A stretch of 64,000 nt of DNA from an uncultured delta proteobacterium (GTDB lineage Bacteria > Desulfobacterota > Binatia > Binatales > Binataceae): the NCBI GenBank assembly GCA_963808235.1, contig CAWEEQ010000004.1:448001-512000 (forward strand), given 5' to 3'. Below the pieces are notes generated by a model. It saw only the letters and a program-made list of their open reading frames with translations. It had not been told where the DNA came from and did not search any database. Within the stretch, counting starts at the first letter, position 1. Every line of letters starts with the position of its first letter. Of the stretch, positions 19,775 through 28,853 are shown piece after piece. The position numbers and the translations under genes are program-made.

Positions 19775-21025
19775 TCAAGTTGGCAGGGCCGACTGACGAT
19801 GCTGAAGGAAAACGCGGACAGCGGGATCGCGCTCCAGGCCGATTGCGATTTCGTATGCGTGTCGAGCTTCGCGGTGTGCGCCGGTCCTGGCGAGCAGCTC
19901 CGCGCGAGCGGCCCAATAGGGTTGGTATTCATTGAGCCGGGCATCGCCGGCGACTTCATGCAATGCTTCGAGAGCGGCGCTCGGGCCGAGCGTCTCCGCG
20001 ATCGCCAGACTGCGATTGATCGCGACCACCGGCGAGCCGGAGAGCGCCAACAGCGCGTCGTATAGCTGCACGACCGATTCCCAATTTGGGTGGCCGGTGC
20101 GACGTCGATAAACGTGCGCCGACTGGAGCGCGGCTTCGAGTTGATAGCGGCCGAGTGAGCCCAGGGCGCTCGCGCGTAAGAGCAGCGCCTCGGCTTCATC
20201 GATCATCCGCGAGTCCCAAAGCGCGGGATCCTGCTCGGCAAGCGGAACGTACTCTGCGTTCACACTGCGCCGTGCGCGACGCCGCGCTTCCGCATGAAGC
20301 ATGAGCGCGAGCAGACCCATCGGCTCCGGCTCCCCGGGCAGCAGTTCGGTCAGCAACCGGCCGAGAAAGATGGCTTCATCGGCTAGATCGCGCCGTGCGA
20401 TATCCGTGCCTGCGGGATCGATCCAGCCTTGAGCAAACGCCGCGTAGATTGCGTCGAGCACGGTGTCGAGCCGGTCGCGCAGCTCTTCACGAGCCGGAAT
20501 GCGAAACGGGATGTGTGTCTCGCGGATCTTGTTCTTCGCGCGGACCAGGCGCTGGCCCATCGCGGCCGGAGACATCAGGAAGGCGGAGGCAATCGCGGCC
20601 GCATCGAATCCCAGCACCACCTGGAGAATCAACGGCGCGCGGACGCCGGCGTCGATAGCCGGATGTGCACACGCAAACATCAGACCGAGACGTTGATCGG
20701 GAATCTCCGCATCGGCGGCGGCAGCCTCGAGTTCTTCGGCCATGAGGAGCAGATCGCGGGCCGCGTCGCGGCGATACGCTTGTCGCCGGGCGACATCGAT
20801 CAGCTTTCGCCGCGCGACGGTCATCAGCCACGCCTCCGGATTCGTCGGGCATCCATTGTGCGGCCAATCTTTCAGCGCCGCTGCGAACGCCTCCGACAGC
20901 GCGTCTTCGGCAGCGGCCACGTCGCGGGTGCGCGCCGCGAGAAAGGCGACCAGCTTGCCGTAACTGCGGCGGGCGACCGCGTCCGCCGTGCTACGCGCCT
21001 GCTCATCGCCTTCGCCGGAGTTCAT
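19775..21025 (-). CDS. ECF sigma factor with C-terminal TPR extension (ECF42-like)
   Basis: AAEDALSEAF, AWLMTVARRKLID, LMFACAHPAI, MGQRLVRAK, YQLEAALQSAH, VVAINR, YQPYWAARA. Confidence 0.9.
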   Translation of the reverse strand: MNSGEGDEQARSTADAVARRSYGKLVAFLAARTRDVAAAEDALSEAFAAALKDWPHNGCPTNPEAWLMTVARRKLIDVARRQAYRRDAARDLLLMAEELEAAAADAEIPDQRLGLMFACAHPAIDAGVRAPLILQVVLGFDAAAIASAFLMSPAAMGQRLVRAKNKIRETHIPFRIPAREELRDRLDTVLDAIYAAFAQGWIDPAGTDIARRDLADEAIFLGRLLTELLPGEPEPMGLLALMLHAEARRRARRSVNAEYVPLAEQDPALWDSRMIDEAEALLLRASALGSLGRYQLEAALQSAHVYRRRTGHPNWESVVQLYDALLALSGSPVVAINRSLAIAETLGPSAALEALHEVAGDARLNEYQPYWAARAELLARTGAHREARHAYEIAIGLERDPAVRVFLQHRQSALPT

Positions 21026-21046
21026 ACGATTACTTGAGCGCGGAGC

Positions 21047-21694
21047 TCAGCCGCCGCGCTGCATCTGAGCCAGCCCTTCGGCGATTTCGCCGAGCGCCCG
21101 CTTGACCGACGCTCGGGTCTGCACATGACTCCACCACGCCGCGAGATTCGGACGCTCCTCGAGCGGCGGTTTGGCGCCGTTAAGCGGGAGCATCTTCACC
21201 GCAAAGAATATCGTTGGCGCGAGTGCGCAGTCGGCCAGGGTAAAATCTTTTCCGGCTGCGAAGCCAACTGCGGGCAACATTCTGTCGAGTTGATCGAGGC
21301 GCCGATTGAACTCGGACAACGCCGCGGTGAGCACCTTTTCGTTGCGGTTCCTCGGATCGAGCTGCGCGGTCAGAACATCCTGGGTCGCGGTCAGATAGAG
21401 ATCGTGGAAGCGGGTGAAGGTACGCACCCGTGCGCGCGCTTCCGGCGATTTTGGCAGCAGCGGGGGAGTCGGGAACCTGTCCTCAAGATATTCGTTAATT
21501 GTTTCCGACTCAGGAATGATGAGCGCGTCGGCATCGAGGGCCGGCGTCTTTCCGAGGAAATTGATCTTCAGGTACTCGGGTGATTTCAGATCGTTGCCCG
21601 GAATCGGCACGATGTCGATGTCGAGGCCTTTATCGTAAATCGCGATGCGTGATTTGGCCGCGAAGTTGGACGCGTTCACGTTGTAAAGTTTCAC
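21047..21694 (-). CDS. Glutathione S-transferase family protein
   Basis: Probable GTG at 21694; YLKINFLGKTPAL, ESETINEYLE, FTLADCAL. Confidence 0.88.
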   Translation of the reverse strand: MKLYNVNASNFAAKSRIAIYDKGLDIDIVPIPGNDLKSPEYLKINFLGKTPALDADALIIPESETINEYLEDRFPTPPLLPKSPEARARVRTFTRFHDLYLTATQDVLTAQLDPRNRNEKVLTAALSEFNRRLDQLDRMLPAVGFAAGKDFTLADCALAPTIFFAVKMLPLNGAKPPLEERPNLAAWWSHVQTRASVKRALGEIAEGLAQMQRGG

Positions 21695-21730
21695 CGCATC
21701 TATTCCTCGCACTTGACGAGCCAACGGGGC

Positions 21731-22081
21731 TCACGGCTCGTTCCAGAACGGCCTCACCTCGATGATACCGTGGCTCGCGGCCGGACATCGCGATGCCCAC
21801 GAGATCGCCGCGTCGAGGTCGGGCACATCGATCGCGTAGTAGCCGCCGAGCTGCTCCTTAGAGTCCGCATAAGGACCGTCGAGCACTTGCGACTTGCCGT
21901 TGGTGACGCGCACCGTGGTCGCGTTCGAGGTCGGCTGGAGGCGATTCGAGCCGAGAAGAGCGCCTGCCTTTTTCAGCGCCTCGGTGTAAGCGCCATACGC
22001 CGCCATCGCCTGATCCTGTTCGGTCTTGGTCAGTTTGGACCAACCATCTTCCTGAGCATAGAGCATCAGAATGTACTGCAT
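21731..22081 (-). CDS. YciI/DGPF-domain protein
   Basis: MQYILMLY..., RLQPTSNATTVRV, LDGPYADSKEQLGGYYAID, IEVRP; AGGAGG RBS. Confidence 0.92.
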   Translation of the reverse strand: MQYILMLYAQEDGWSKLTKTEQDQAMAAYGAYTEALKKAGALLGSNRLQPTSNATTVRVTNGKSQVLDGPYADSKEQLGGYYAIDVPDLDAAISWASRCPAASHGIIEVRPFWNEP

Positions 22082-22131
22082 GTGAAGCCTCCTTAATTGT
22101 GGGCGTGCATTTATTGCTTCCCTGCCATAAT

Positions 22132-22158
22132 GACGCTCGGACTCCGGCGATTTCGACA
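22132..22158 (-). promoter_or_regulatory. ECF42-type promoter for the DGPF-GST-sigma operon
   Basis: Minus strand TGTCGA-N17-CGTC. Confidence 0.72.
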
Positions 22159-22325
22159 TCCTATTGATTTTCCCAAAGCGGAAGTCCGAGACCCGATTGT
22201 CCACGCGCACGAGGTTTGGTGTTGAGCTTAAGTTGCGTGCTACTCCAATTTCAGGGCATCGCGGCACGCGCGACGATGCTCCTTGCCGCCGGTCTCTCAA
22301 TGGTTAGGTTTAAGGAGCGAATCGA

Positions 22326-24938
22326 ATGAACGCAAATCGCTTTACCGAAAAACTTCAAGAAGCGCTGGGACGCGCGCAAAACGCGGCGCTTACCGCGCAT
22401 AACCAGGCGGTCGACGTCGAGCACTTGCTCTCGGCACTGCTCGAGGACGACGACGGGCTGGTGTCGTCGATAGTGACGCTAAGCGGCGCCGATCGCGCGG
22501 CGCTACGGCAGAAGCTCGATGCGGAACTCGCGAAAATTCCCCGCGTCACCGGCAGCGGTTCCGACAGCGGACAAGTTTACGCTACCCAGCGTCTTGGCCG
22601 GGTGCTCGCACGCGCCGAGCAGGAAGCGGGCAAACTCAAGGACGAATATGTCTCGGTCGAGCACGTGCTGATCGCGATGCTCGACGAGCCGGGCGCGGCG
22701 GCGAAGCTGCTTCGCGAAGCCGGGCTCACGCATGACAAGTTGATGGGTGTGCTCAAGAAAGTGCGCGGCAGTCAGCGCGTCACTTCGTCCAATCCTGAAG
22801 CCACTTACCAGGCGCTCGAGCGTTACGGCCGCGACCTGACCAAGCTCGCGGCGGCGGGCAAAGTAGATCCGGTTATCGGACGCGATGAGGAAATCCGCCG
22901 CGTCATCCAGGTGCTCTCGCGCCGGACCAAGAACAATCCCGTGCTGATCGGCGAGCCAGGCGTGGGCAAAACGGCGATTGTCGAGGGGCTGGCGCAGCGA
23001 ATCGTCGCGGGCGATGTGCCCGACGGCTTGAAGAACCGCAAGCTGGTCGCGCTCGACATGGGCGCGCTTATTGCGGGAGCGAAATTCCGCGGCGAATTCG
23101 AGGAGCGCCTGAAAGCCGTCCTGAAGGAAGTGCAGGAGGCCGCCGGCGAGATAATTCTGTTCATCGACGAGCTGCATACGGTGATCGGCGCGGGCGCCGC
23201 GGAAGGCGCGATGGATGCGTCGAACCTGCTGAAGCCGATGCTCGCGCGCGGCGAGTTGCATTGTATCGGCGCGACTACGCTCGACGAGTATCGCAAGCAT
23301 ATCGAGAAAGATGCGGCGCTGGAGCGTCGCTTCCAGCCGGTGTTGGTCGAGGAGCCCAGCGTCGAAGATACCATTTCGATTCTGCGCGGATTGAAGGAAC
23401 GCTACGAGGTCCATCACGGAATCCGGATCAAGGACAGTGCCCTGGTAACGGCCGCGGTGCTTTCCAAGCGCTACATCACGGATCGGTTCCTGCCCGACAA
23501 GGCGATTGACCTGGTCGACGAAGCCGCGGCAAAGTTGCGCACCGAAAAAGAATCGATGCCGGTCGAGATAGATGAAGTGAACCGGCGGGTGATGCAACTG
23601 GAGATCGAGCGTGAAGCGCTCAAGCGCGAGACCGACAAGGCGTCGCGCGAGCGGCTCGAAAAGCTGGAAAAAGAGCTTGCCGAAATAAAAGAGAAGCGCG
23701 CGGGGTTGCAGGCGCAGTGGCAAACCGAAAAGGGCGGGCTCGAGGCGCTTGCGAAGATCAAAGCTGAAATCGAGCAGACCAGGCTCGCGATCGAAAAAGC
23801 CAAGCGCGAGTACGACCTCAACAAGGTCGCCGAGCTGCAATACGGAAAGCTCGCGACGCTGGAAAAAAATCTGGCCGCGGAAGAGGAAAAACTGATCGAA
23901 AAGCACGGCGGCGGCGATCGGTTGATCAAAGAGGAGGTGGACGAAGACGATATCGCCGAAGTGGTGGCGCGATGGACCGGAGTGCCGGTCTCGAGGCTGC
24001 TCGAAGGCGAAGTGCAGAAGCTCGCGCATCTGGAGGAGCATCTGCACAAACGCGTGATCGGCCAGGACGAAGCGGTGATCGCGGTCTCAGACGCGGTGAT
24101 TCGCGCGCGCTCGGGACTGAAGGATCCAAATCGGCCGATCGGCTCGTTCATTTTTCTGGGGCCGACCGGTGTCGGCAAGACCGAACTTGCGCGCGCGCTG
24201 GCGGCATTCCTGTTCGACGACGAAGCCGCGATGATCCGAATCGACATGTCCGAGTACATGGAGAAGCACACCGTCTCGCGGCTGGTCGGCGCGCCCCCGG
24301 GCTACGTCGGCTTCGAGGAGGGCGGGCAACTGACTGAAGCGGTGCGACGGCGTCCGTATTCCGTGGTCCTGTTCGACGAGATCGAAAAGGCTCATGGCGA
24401 CGTGTTCAACGTGTTGCTGCAACTGCTCGACGACGGACGGCTCACCGACGGTCACGGCCGCACGGTGGATTTCCGCAATACAGTCGTGATCATGACCTCC
24501 AATATCGCAAGCCAGCTCATCCTCGGATTCAAAGGTCAGGACTACGAGAAGATGAAGATGCAGGCGCTCGAGGTCCTGCGGCAAAGCTTCAGGCCCGAGT
24601 TCCTGAACCGCGTCGATGAGGTCGTGGTGTTCCATCCGCTGACGCGCGAAGAGTTACGCCAGATAGTCGATATCCAGCTGACGCGATTGCGGGAGCGCCT
24701 CGAGGAGCGAAAGATCGTGCTCGAGCTGAGCGATAAGGCTCGCGACTATCTTGCCGAGCATGGCTACGATCCGTCATACGGCGCGCGTCCGCTGAAGCGG
24801 ATGATCCAGCGGGAGCTTGAGACCTCGCTCGGGCGAAAGCTGTTGTCGGGCGAGATTCGCGACGGCTCCCGAGTCACGGTGGACGCCGGTCAGAAGGGGT
24901 TGGAATTCTCGAGCATCGTATCGCCCAATCCAAGCTAA
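22326..24938 (+). CDS. clpB: ATP-dependent chaperone ClpB
   Basis: Two AAA modules (GEPGVGKT; GPTGVGKTE), long coiled-coil M domain, GAPPGYVG; AAGGAG RBS. Confidence 0.97.
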   Translation: MNANRFTEKLQEALGRAQNAALTAHNQAVDVEHLLSALLEDDDGLVSSIVTLSGADRAALRQKLDAELAKIPRVTGSGSDSGQVYATQRLGRVLARAEQEAGKLKDEYVSVEHVLIAMLDEPGAAAKLLREAGLTHDKLMGVLKKVRGSQRVTSSNPEATYQALERYGRDLTKLAAAGKVDPVIGRDEEIRRVIQVLSRRTKNNPVLIGEPGVGKTAIVEGLAQRIVAGDVPDGLKNRKLVALDMGALIAGAKFRGEFEERLKAVLKEVQEAAGEIILFIDELHTVIGAGAAEGAMDASNLLKPMLARGELHCIGATTLDEYRKHIEKDAALERRFQPVLVEEPSVEDTISILRGLKERYEVHHGIRIKDSALVTAAVLSKRYITDRFLPDKAIDLVDEAAAKLRTEKESMPVEIDEVNRRVMQLEIEREALKRETDKASRERLEKLEKELAEIKEKRAGLQAQWQTEKGGLEALAKIKAEIEQTRLAIEKAKREYDLNKVAELQYGKLATLEKNLAAEEEKLIEKHGGGDRLIKEEVDEDDIAEVVARWTGVPVSRLLEGEVQKLAHLEEHLHKRVIGQDEAVIAVSDAVIRARSGLKDPNRPIGSFIFLGPTGVGKTELARALAAFLFDDEAAMIRIDMSEYMEKHTVSRLVGAPPGYVGFEEGGQLTEAVRRRPYSVVLFDEIEKAHGDVFNVLLQLLDDGRLTDGHGRTVDFRNTVVIMTSNIASQLILGFKGQDYEKMKMQALEVLRQSFRPEFLNRVDEVVVFHPLTREELRQIVDIQLTRLRERLEERKIVLELSDKARDYLAEHGYDPSYGARPLKRMIQRELETSLGRKLLSGEIRDGSRVTVDAGQKGLEFSSIVSPNPS

Positions 24939-24978
24939 GTAGCTGTTTTTCAAGCAATATCTCTCACGACTCGCGACA

Positions 24979-25002
24979 GGCCGCGCTCCCCGGGGCGCGG
25001 CC
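24979..25002 (+). terminator. GC-rich hairpin after clpB
   Basis: GGCCGCGCTCC-CC-GGGGCGCGGCC inverted repeat; no U-tract. Confidence 0.45.
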
Positions 25003-25146
25003 GCATAGCCATCTTGCCTCGCTCAAAATAACGGTTATTCTTTAGATGATGTGATGCTGGAGTGATCGCTTCATGAGTTCAGCTAATATGCTGTTGATGA
25101 GGCGGGCCAGCGAAATCTTTATTTTTTGGCAACAGGAAGGTGTGCA

Positions 25147-25605
25147 ATGGCTGGTTCAGTGATCGATCTCGGAATTGTACCGGCGGGTCCGCGAATTTCG
25201 CGCCGCCGCATGATTCTTCGCGTGGTGATAGTGACGCTCGCGATTGCGGTTAGCGCGGCGCTCGCGTTGCTTCCAAATCCCGCCAAGGCCGCGGGCAGTC
25301 CAATCGTCATCAAGATGTCCGACAAGGCGCCATTTTATGCGCCTGAAAAAGTTTCGATAAAAGCCGGAGACAGCGTGCAATGGGTGAACGACGGTCAGAC
25401 GGTTCATTCCGTCTCGACGACGGCCGCTAATGCGCAGAATCCGAAAGACACGTCGATGCCCAAAGGCGCGGTGGCCTTCGATTCCGGCTTTATCCCGCCG
25501 GGCGGCGATTACAGCTACACATTTACCGTGCCCGGCACGTATCGTTACTTTTGCCTTCCGCACGAGAAGGCGGGTATGGTCGGGGTTATCGTCGTAGAGA
25601 AGTAG
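25147..25605 (+). CDS. Exported cupredoxin (plastocyanin/azurin family)
   Basis: Signal-like N-terminus; type-1 Cu ligands TVHSV and YFCLPHEKAGMVG. Confidence 0.9.
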   Translation: MAGSVIDLGIVPAGPRISRRRMILRVVIVTLAIAVSAALALLPNPAKAAGSPIVIKMSDKAPFYAPEKVSIKAGDSVQWVNDGQTVHSVSTTAANAQNPKDTSMPKGAVAFDSGFIPPGGDYSYTFTVPGTYRYFCLPHEKAGMVGVIVVEK

Positions 25606-25623
25606 AGACTCGCGAGTTTCGAA

Positions 25624-26178
25624 ATGATGACGAGCGCGCTTTGCAACATCATGACCCGCGTCGCGCTTGCGATGTTCGCGATCACGATCGTTGCGGCGAT
25701 CTCGCCGGCGCCTGCCGAATGTTTTCCATGGAGCATCGACATGTATCGGGGGCCGGAGACTCAGCCGTTTGCGAAGGCGCCGCGGGTCACGCCCGCCGAT
25801 ACGCTTCCTGTGCATGGGGAGCCGCCGATGAATCTCGAGCAGGCTACGATCAAGATGCACAATCCGCTGCAGCCGACGGCGCAAAATCTCGCTGCCGGCC
25901 GGGATCAATTCAACACCTCCTGCGCGCCATGCCACGGTGCTACGGGGCAGGGTGACGGTCCGGCCGCGCACATTTTGTCGAAGCCGCCGAAGAATCTGAT
26001 CTCGGGTACGAGCAAAGATCTTCCCGACGGCTATATCTACGGAGCGATTCGCGACGGCATCCTCACGATGCCCTCCTACGCCGCGGAGATCCCGCCCGAG
26101 CGGCGCTGGCAGGTAGTTGAGTATTTGCGATCGATGCAGCAGACGGCTGCGGCGAAAAAAAAGGTCGCCGAGAAGTAG
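25624..26178 (+). CDS. Monoheme c-type cytochrome (ActE-like)
   Basis: Signal peptide, DMY...QP, NPL, CAPCHGATGQGDG, distal Met in TMPSYA, ERRWQVVEYLR. Confidence 0.88.
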   Translation: MMTSALCNIMTRVALAMFAITIVAAISPAPAECFPWSIDMYRGPETQPFAKAPRVTPADTLPVHGEPPMNLEQATIKMHNPLQPTAQNLAAGRDQFNTSCAPCHGATGQGDGPAAHILSKPPKNLISGTSKDLPDGYIYGAIRDGILTMPSYAAEIPPERRWQVVEYLRSMQQTAAAKKKVAEK

Positions 26179-26380
26179 CGTCAGTCGCGAATCTCCATCA
26201 GTTTCTTCAGAAATTTCTGGAAATCGGCCATCTGGCTGAGATTGCATTCTGCACTCAGGGCGCTTTCAGTCCTCCTTTCAAACCGGTTTAATTGTTTGGC
26301 GATTGCAGGGGCGTGCTGGCGGTTGTAGGTACGCTCTGAACCGTACCTGAAGCGTATGCGCGAACGGGCGAGGAGCTGCG

Positions 26381-27658
26381 ATGCGAGCATTGAAGATCGG
26401 TGGCGCGATTACGCTGGCGCTCGCGATTGCGGCGTTTGATGCGTCGTTCGTTCGCGCCGGCGATGCGCCCCTGACCGTCTCGCAGCTCGTCGAGATTGCG
26501 GTGGAGGCCAACCCGCAGGTCAAGTCGGCGCGCTACCGGTGGGACTCCGCGGTTCATTCGATCAAGCAGACGGTCGCGCCGAACGATCCCATCTTCACTT
26601 ACACGAACAGCGACAGTCCGAAGACTCCAGTCGGGCGCGCGTCGCTCAGGGAGTTCAACTTCAGCGAATCGTTTCAATTCCCCGGCAAGGCGCTGCATCA
26701 GCGGGACCAGGCGGTGCGCAGCGCAGATATCGCGCGACTCGCGCTGGCCGCGACGGTACGCGATGTGCGCGCCGCGACTGAGATCGGATACTTTCAGCTC
26801 GTGCTCGATAGCTCTCTGGGAGCCGTCAACGATGAAAACGTCCAAAATCTCGATCAGATCGTAAGAGTGGCCGAGACGGCGTACTCGACGTCGAAGGTCG
26901 CGCAGACCGACGTGATCAGCGCCGAGTTCGATCTGGCCGCAGCACGCCAGCTTCAGCGTCAGTACCTGACCGCAGTGGCCAACGACGAGACCTCGCTGAA
27001 TCTGCTGCTCTATCGTCCGGTCGGCGCTCCATTGTCGGTGGATCGAACTCTTAAAGTAGAAGCCCTGACGGCGCGGCTCGACGCGCTTATCGATAGAGCA
27101 TATGCGATGCGGCAGGAAATTCTCGAAGCAGCACTGGCGGAGCGCAATATGGATACCGCGCTCTATCTCGCGAAGATGGAGTACCTGCCAGACTTCACCG
27201 CGGCCGTCCAGTATGACGACTACCTGGTTCCGAGCTTCGCCCCGAGACCGAGCCAGCCGCGGGACTGGGTCGGCATTATCGGTTTCAACATGCCGATCTT
27301 TTTTTGGCTCAAGCAGGATGAAGACGTGGTGCGCGCGAAGGCGAACCTTCAGGCGGCGCGCTCGGATCTTGCGCTGATAAAGATCCAGACTGCGGCGGCG
27401 GTCGCGACGCTGTTCCGCAGCGCGCAGTTCGCGTACGAAACCGCGATTCTCTATCGCGATTCGCTGATTCCGCTGGCGCAGCAGGATCTTCGCGTCGCGC
27501 TGACCGCCTATCAGTCCGGTAAAATCGATTTCGTGACGCTCTCGAGCGTTGTGCAACGCAATTTCGCGGCGCGCGTAAGTTACCTGCAGGCGGCCAACCA
27601 GTTTTTGGCCGGCGAAGTTTCGCTCGAGCAGGCGATTGGAGCGCCGCTGCATCAATGA
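26381..27658 (+). CDS. TolC-family outer membrane efflux protein
   Basis: AVEANPQV, FQFPGK, AYQSGKIDF; first gene of an RND triplet. Confidence 0.9.
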   Translation: MRALKIGGAITLALAIAAFDASFVRAGDAPLTVSQLVEIAVEANPQVKSARYRWDSAVHSIKQTVAPNDPIFTYTNSDSPKTPVGRASLREFNFSESFQFPGKALHQRDQAVRSADIARLALAATVRDVRAATEIGYFQLVLDSSLGAVNDENVQNLDQIVRVAETAYSTSKVAQTDVISAEFDLAAARQLQRQYLTAVANDETSLNLLLYRPVGAPLSVDRTLKVEALTARLDALIDRAYAMRQEILEAALAERNMDTALYLAKMEYLPDFTAAVQYDDYLVPSFAPRPSQPRDWVGIIGFNMPIFFWLKQDEDVVRAKANLQAARSDLALIKIQTAAAVATLFRSAQFAYETAILYRDSLIPLAQQDLRVALTAYQSGKIDFVTLSSVVQRNFAARVSYLQAANQFLAGEVSLEQAIGAPLHQ

Positions 27659-28794
27659 CTCGAATCCGCGCAAATCTGATCGTGCTCGCCGCATGTGCAG
27701 TCGCAGGCCTGGCGGTTTTCGGGTCCGGATGCCGCAGTGATTCCGCGGGCCCGGCCGCAGCGGTACCCGAAGCGACGCCCGTGGTGCCTCGACTGGTTCG
27801 GCAGCAGGGCGCGGAGTTGCTCCAGTTCAACGCCGGCGATGTTCCGGGCCTTGTCATGGTGGACGTACAGAACGTCGATTTGCCGGGCGTTCTGGAAACC
27901 TCCGGCCAGATCACGTACGACGATCGCCGGGTCTCGACGATAGTCTCCCGCGTGCAGGGTCGAATCGAGCAGAATCGCGTCTCGCTCTGGGATAGCGTGC
28001 GCCGAGGCGAGAAGATCATCGCTCTCTACAGCCCCGATTTCATGACTGCAGAGGCCGAGTACCTCCAGGCGCACGACACCTCCAAGCTGATCGCGGCGCC
28101 TGGCGTCGGCGCTTCGTCGGATTTTGCAGGCTCTCTGATGCTGGCCGCGAAACGCAAGCTCCAGTTTCTGGGCATGAGCGATGCCGATATACAGTCGCTC
28201 ACCGCGCCCGATCCGGTCGTGTGGATGCGCGCGCCGATAAGCGGCGTCGTGGTCGAGAACAAGGTGCAACGCGGCGCGGCGGTGAATCCCGGCGACGCTC
28301 TGTTCACGCTCGGCACACTCGAAGACGTATGGATCACCGGCGATATCTACGAGGACGATCTCGCACGCGTGCGCGTCGGGCAGGAGATGTCCGCGGTAAC
28401 GACCGCCTTCCCCGACGAAGTGTTCAAGGGAGCGATCGCGCGCATCAGTCAGAATATCGATCCCACGACGCACACCGCCTCAATCCGCTGCGAGGTGAAG
28501 AATCCCGACGGCAAGCTCAAACCGCAAATGCTCGCGAAGGTGACCATCGTCACGCGGCCCGGCAACGCGCTGGTAGTTCCGCAGGACGCGCTGGTGTTCG
28601 ACATAGACAATTACTACGCGTTCGTCGAAGTCAGCCCCGGACTATTCGAGCATCGCAAGGTGGCGATCGCTTCGTGGAGTCGCGCCGGCTACGCGCGGAT
28701 CGTCGCCGGGTTGAAGGTCGGCGACCGCGTCGTCAGCGGCGAAACGCTGCAAGTAAACGCGCTATGGCACGAGGCTCACGGAGAGAGCTCGTAG
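27655..28794 (+). CDS. RND efflux periplasmic adaptor (CusB/CzcB-like)
   Basis: Lipobox-like SGC, LYSPDF, RAPISGVV, VWITGDIYEDDL, LKPQM, GLKVGDRVV. Confidence 0.92.
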   Translation: MTRIRANLIVLAACAVAGLAVFGSGCRSDSAGPAAAVPEATPVVPRLVRQQGAELLQFNAGDVPGLVMVDVQNVDLPGVLETSGQITYDDRRVSTIVSRVQGRIEQNRVSLWDSVRRGEKIIALYSPDFMTAEAEYLQAHDTSKLIAAPGVGASSDFAGSLMLAAKRKLQFLGMSDADIQSLTAPDPVVWMRAPISGVVVENKVQRGAAVNPGDALFTLGTLEDVWITGDIYEDDLARVRVGQEMSAVTTAFPDEVFKGAIARISQNIDPTTHTASIRCEVKNPDGKLKPQMLAKVTIVTRPGNALVVPQDALVFDIDNYYAFVEVSPGLFEHRKVAIASWSRAGYARIVAGLKVGDRVVSGETLQVNALWHEAHGESS

Positions 28795-28853
28795 CTCGGG
28801 CCGAGGCATCGCCGGACATTTTCGATGATGCGGTCAAGAACGATAGGTAGGCC

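Noticed and set aside
22215-22255. HAIR, CIRCE or sigma32 heat-shock element upstream of clpB (GTTGAGC...ACTCCAA)
   Set aside because: Spacing and sequence do not fit CTTGAGT-N7-ACTCAAG or TTAGCACTC-N9-GAGTGCTAA well enough
25624-26178. Alternative complex III operon
   Set aside because: Only an ActE-like cytochrome is present; no ActA, B, C, D or F neighbours
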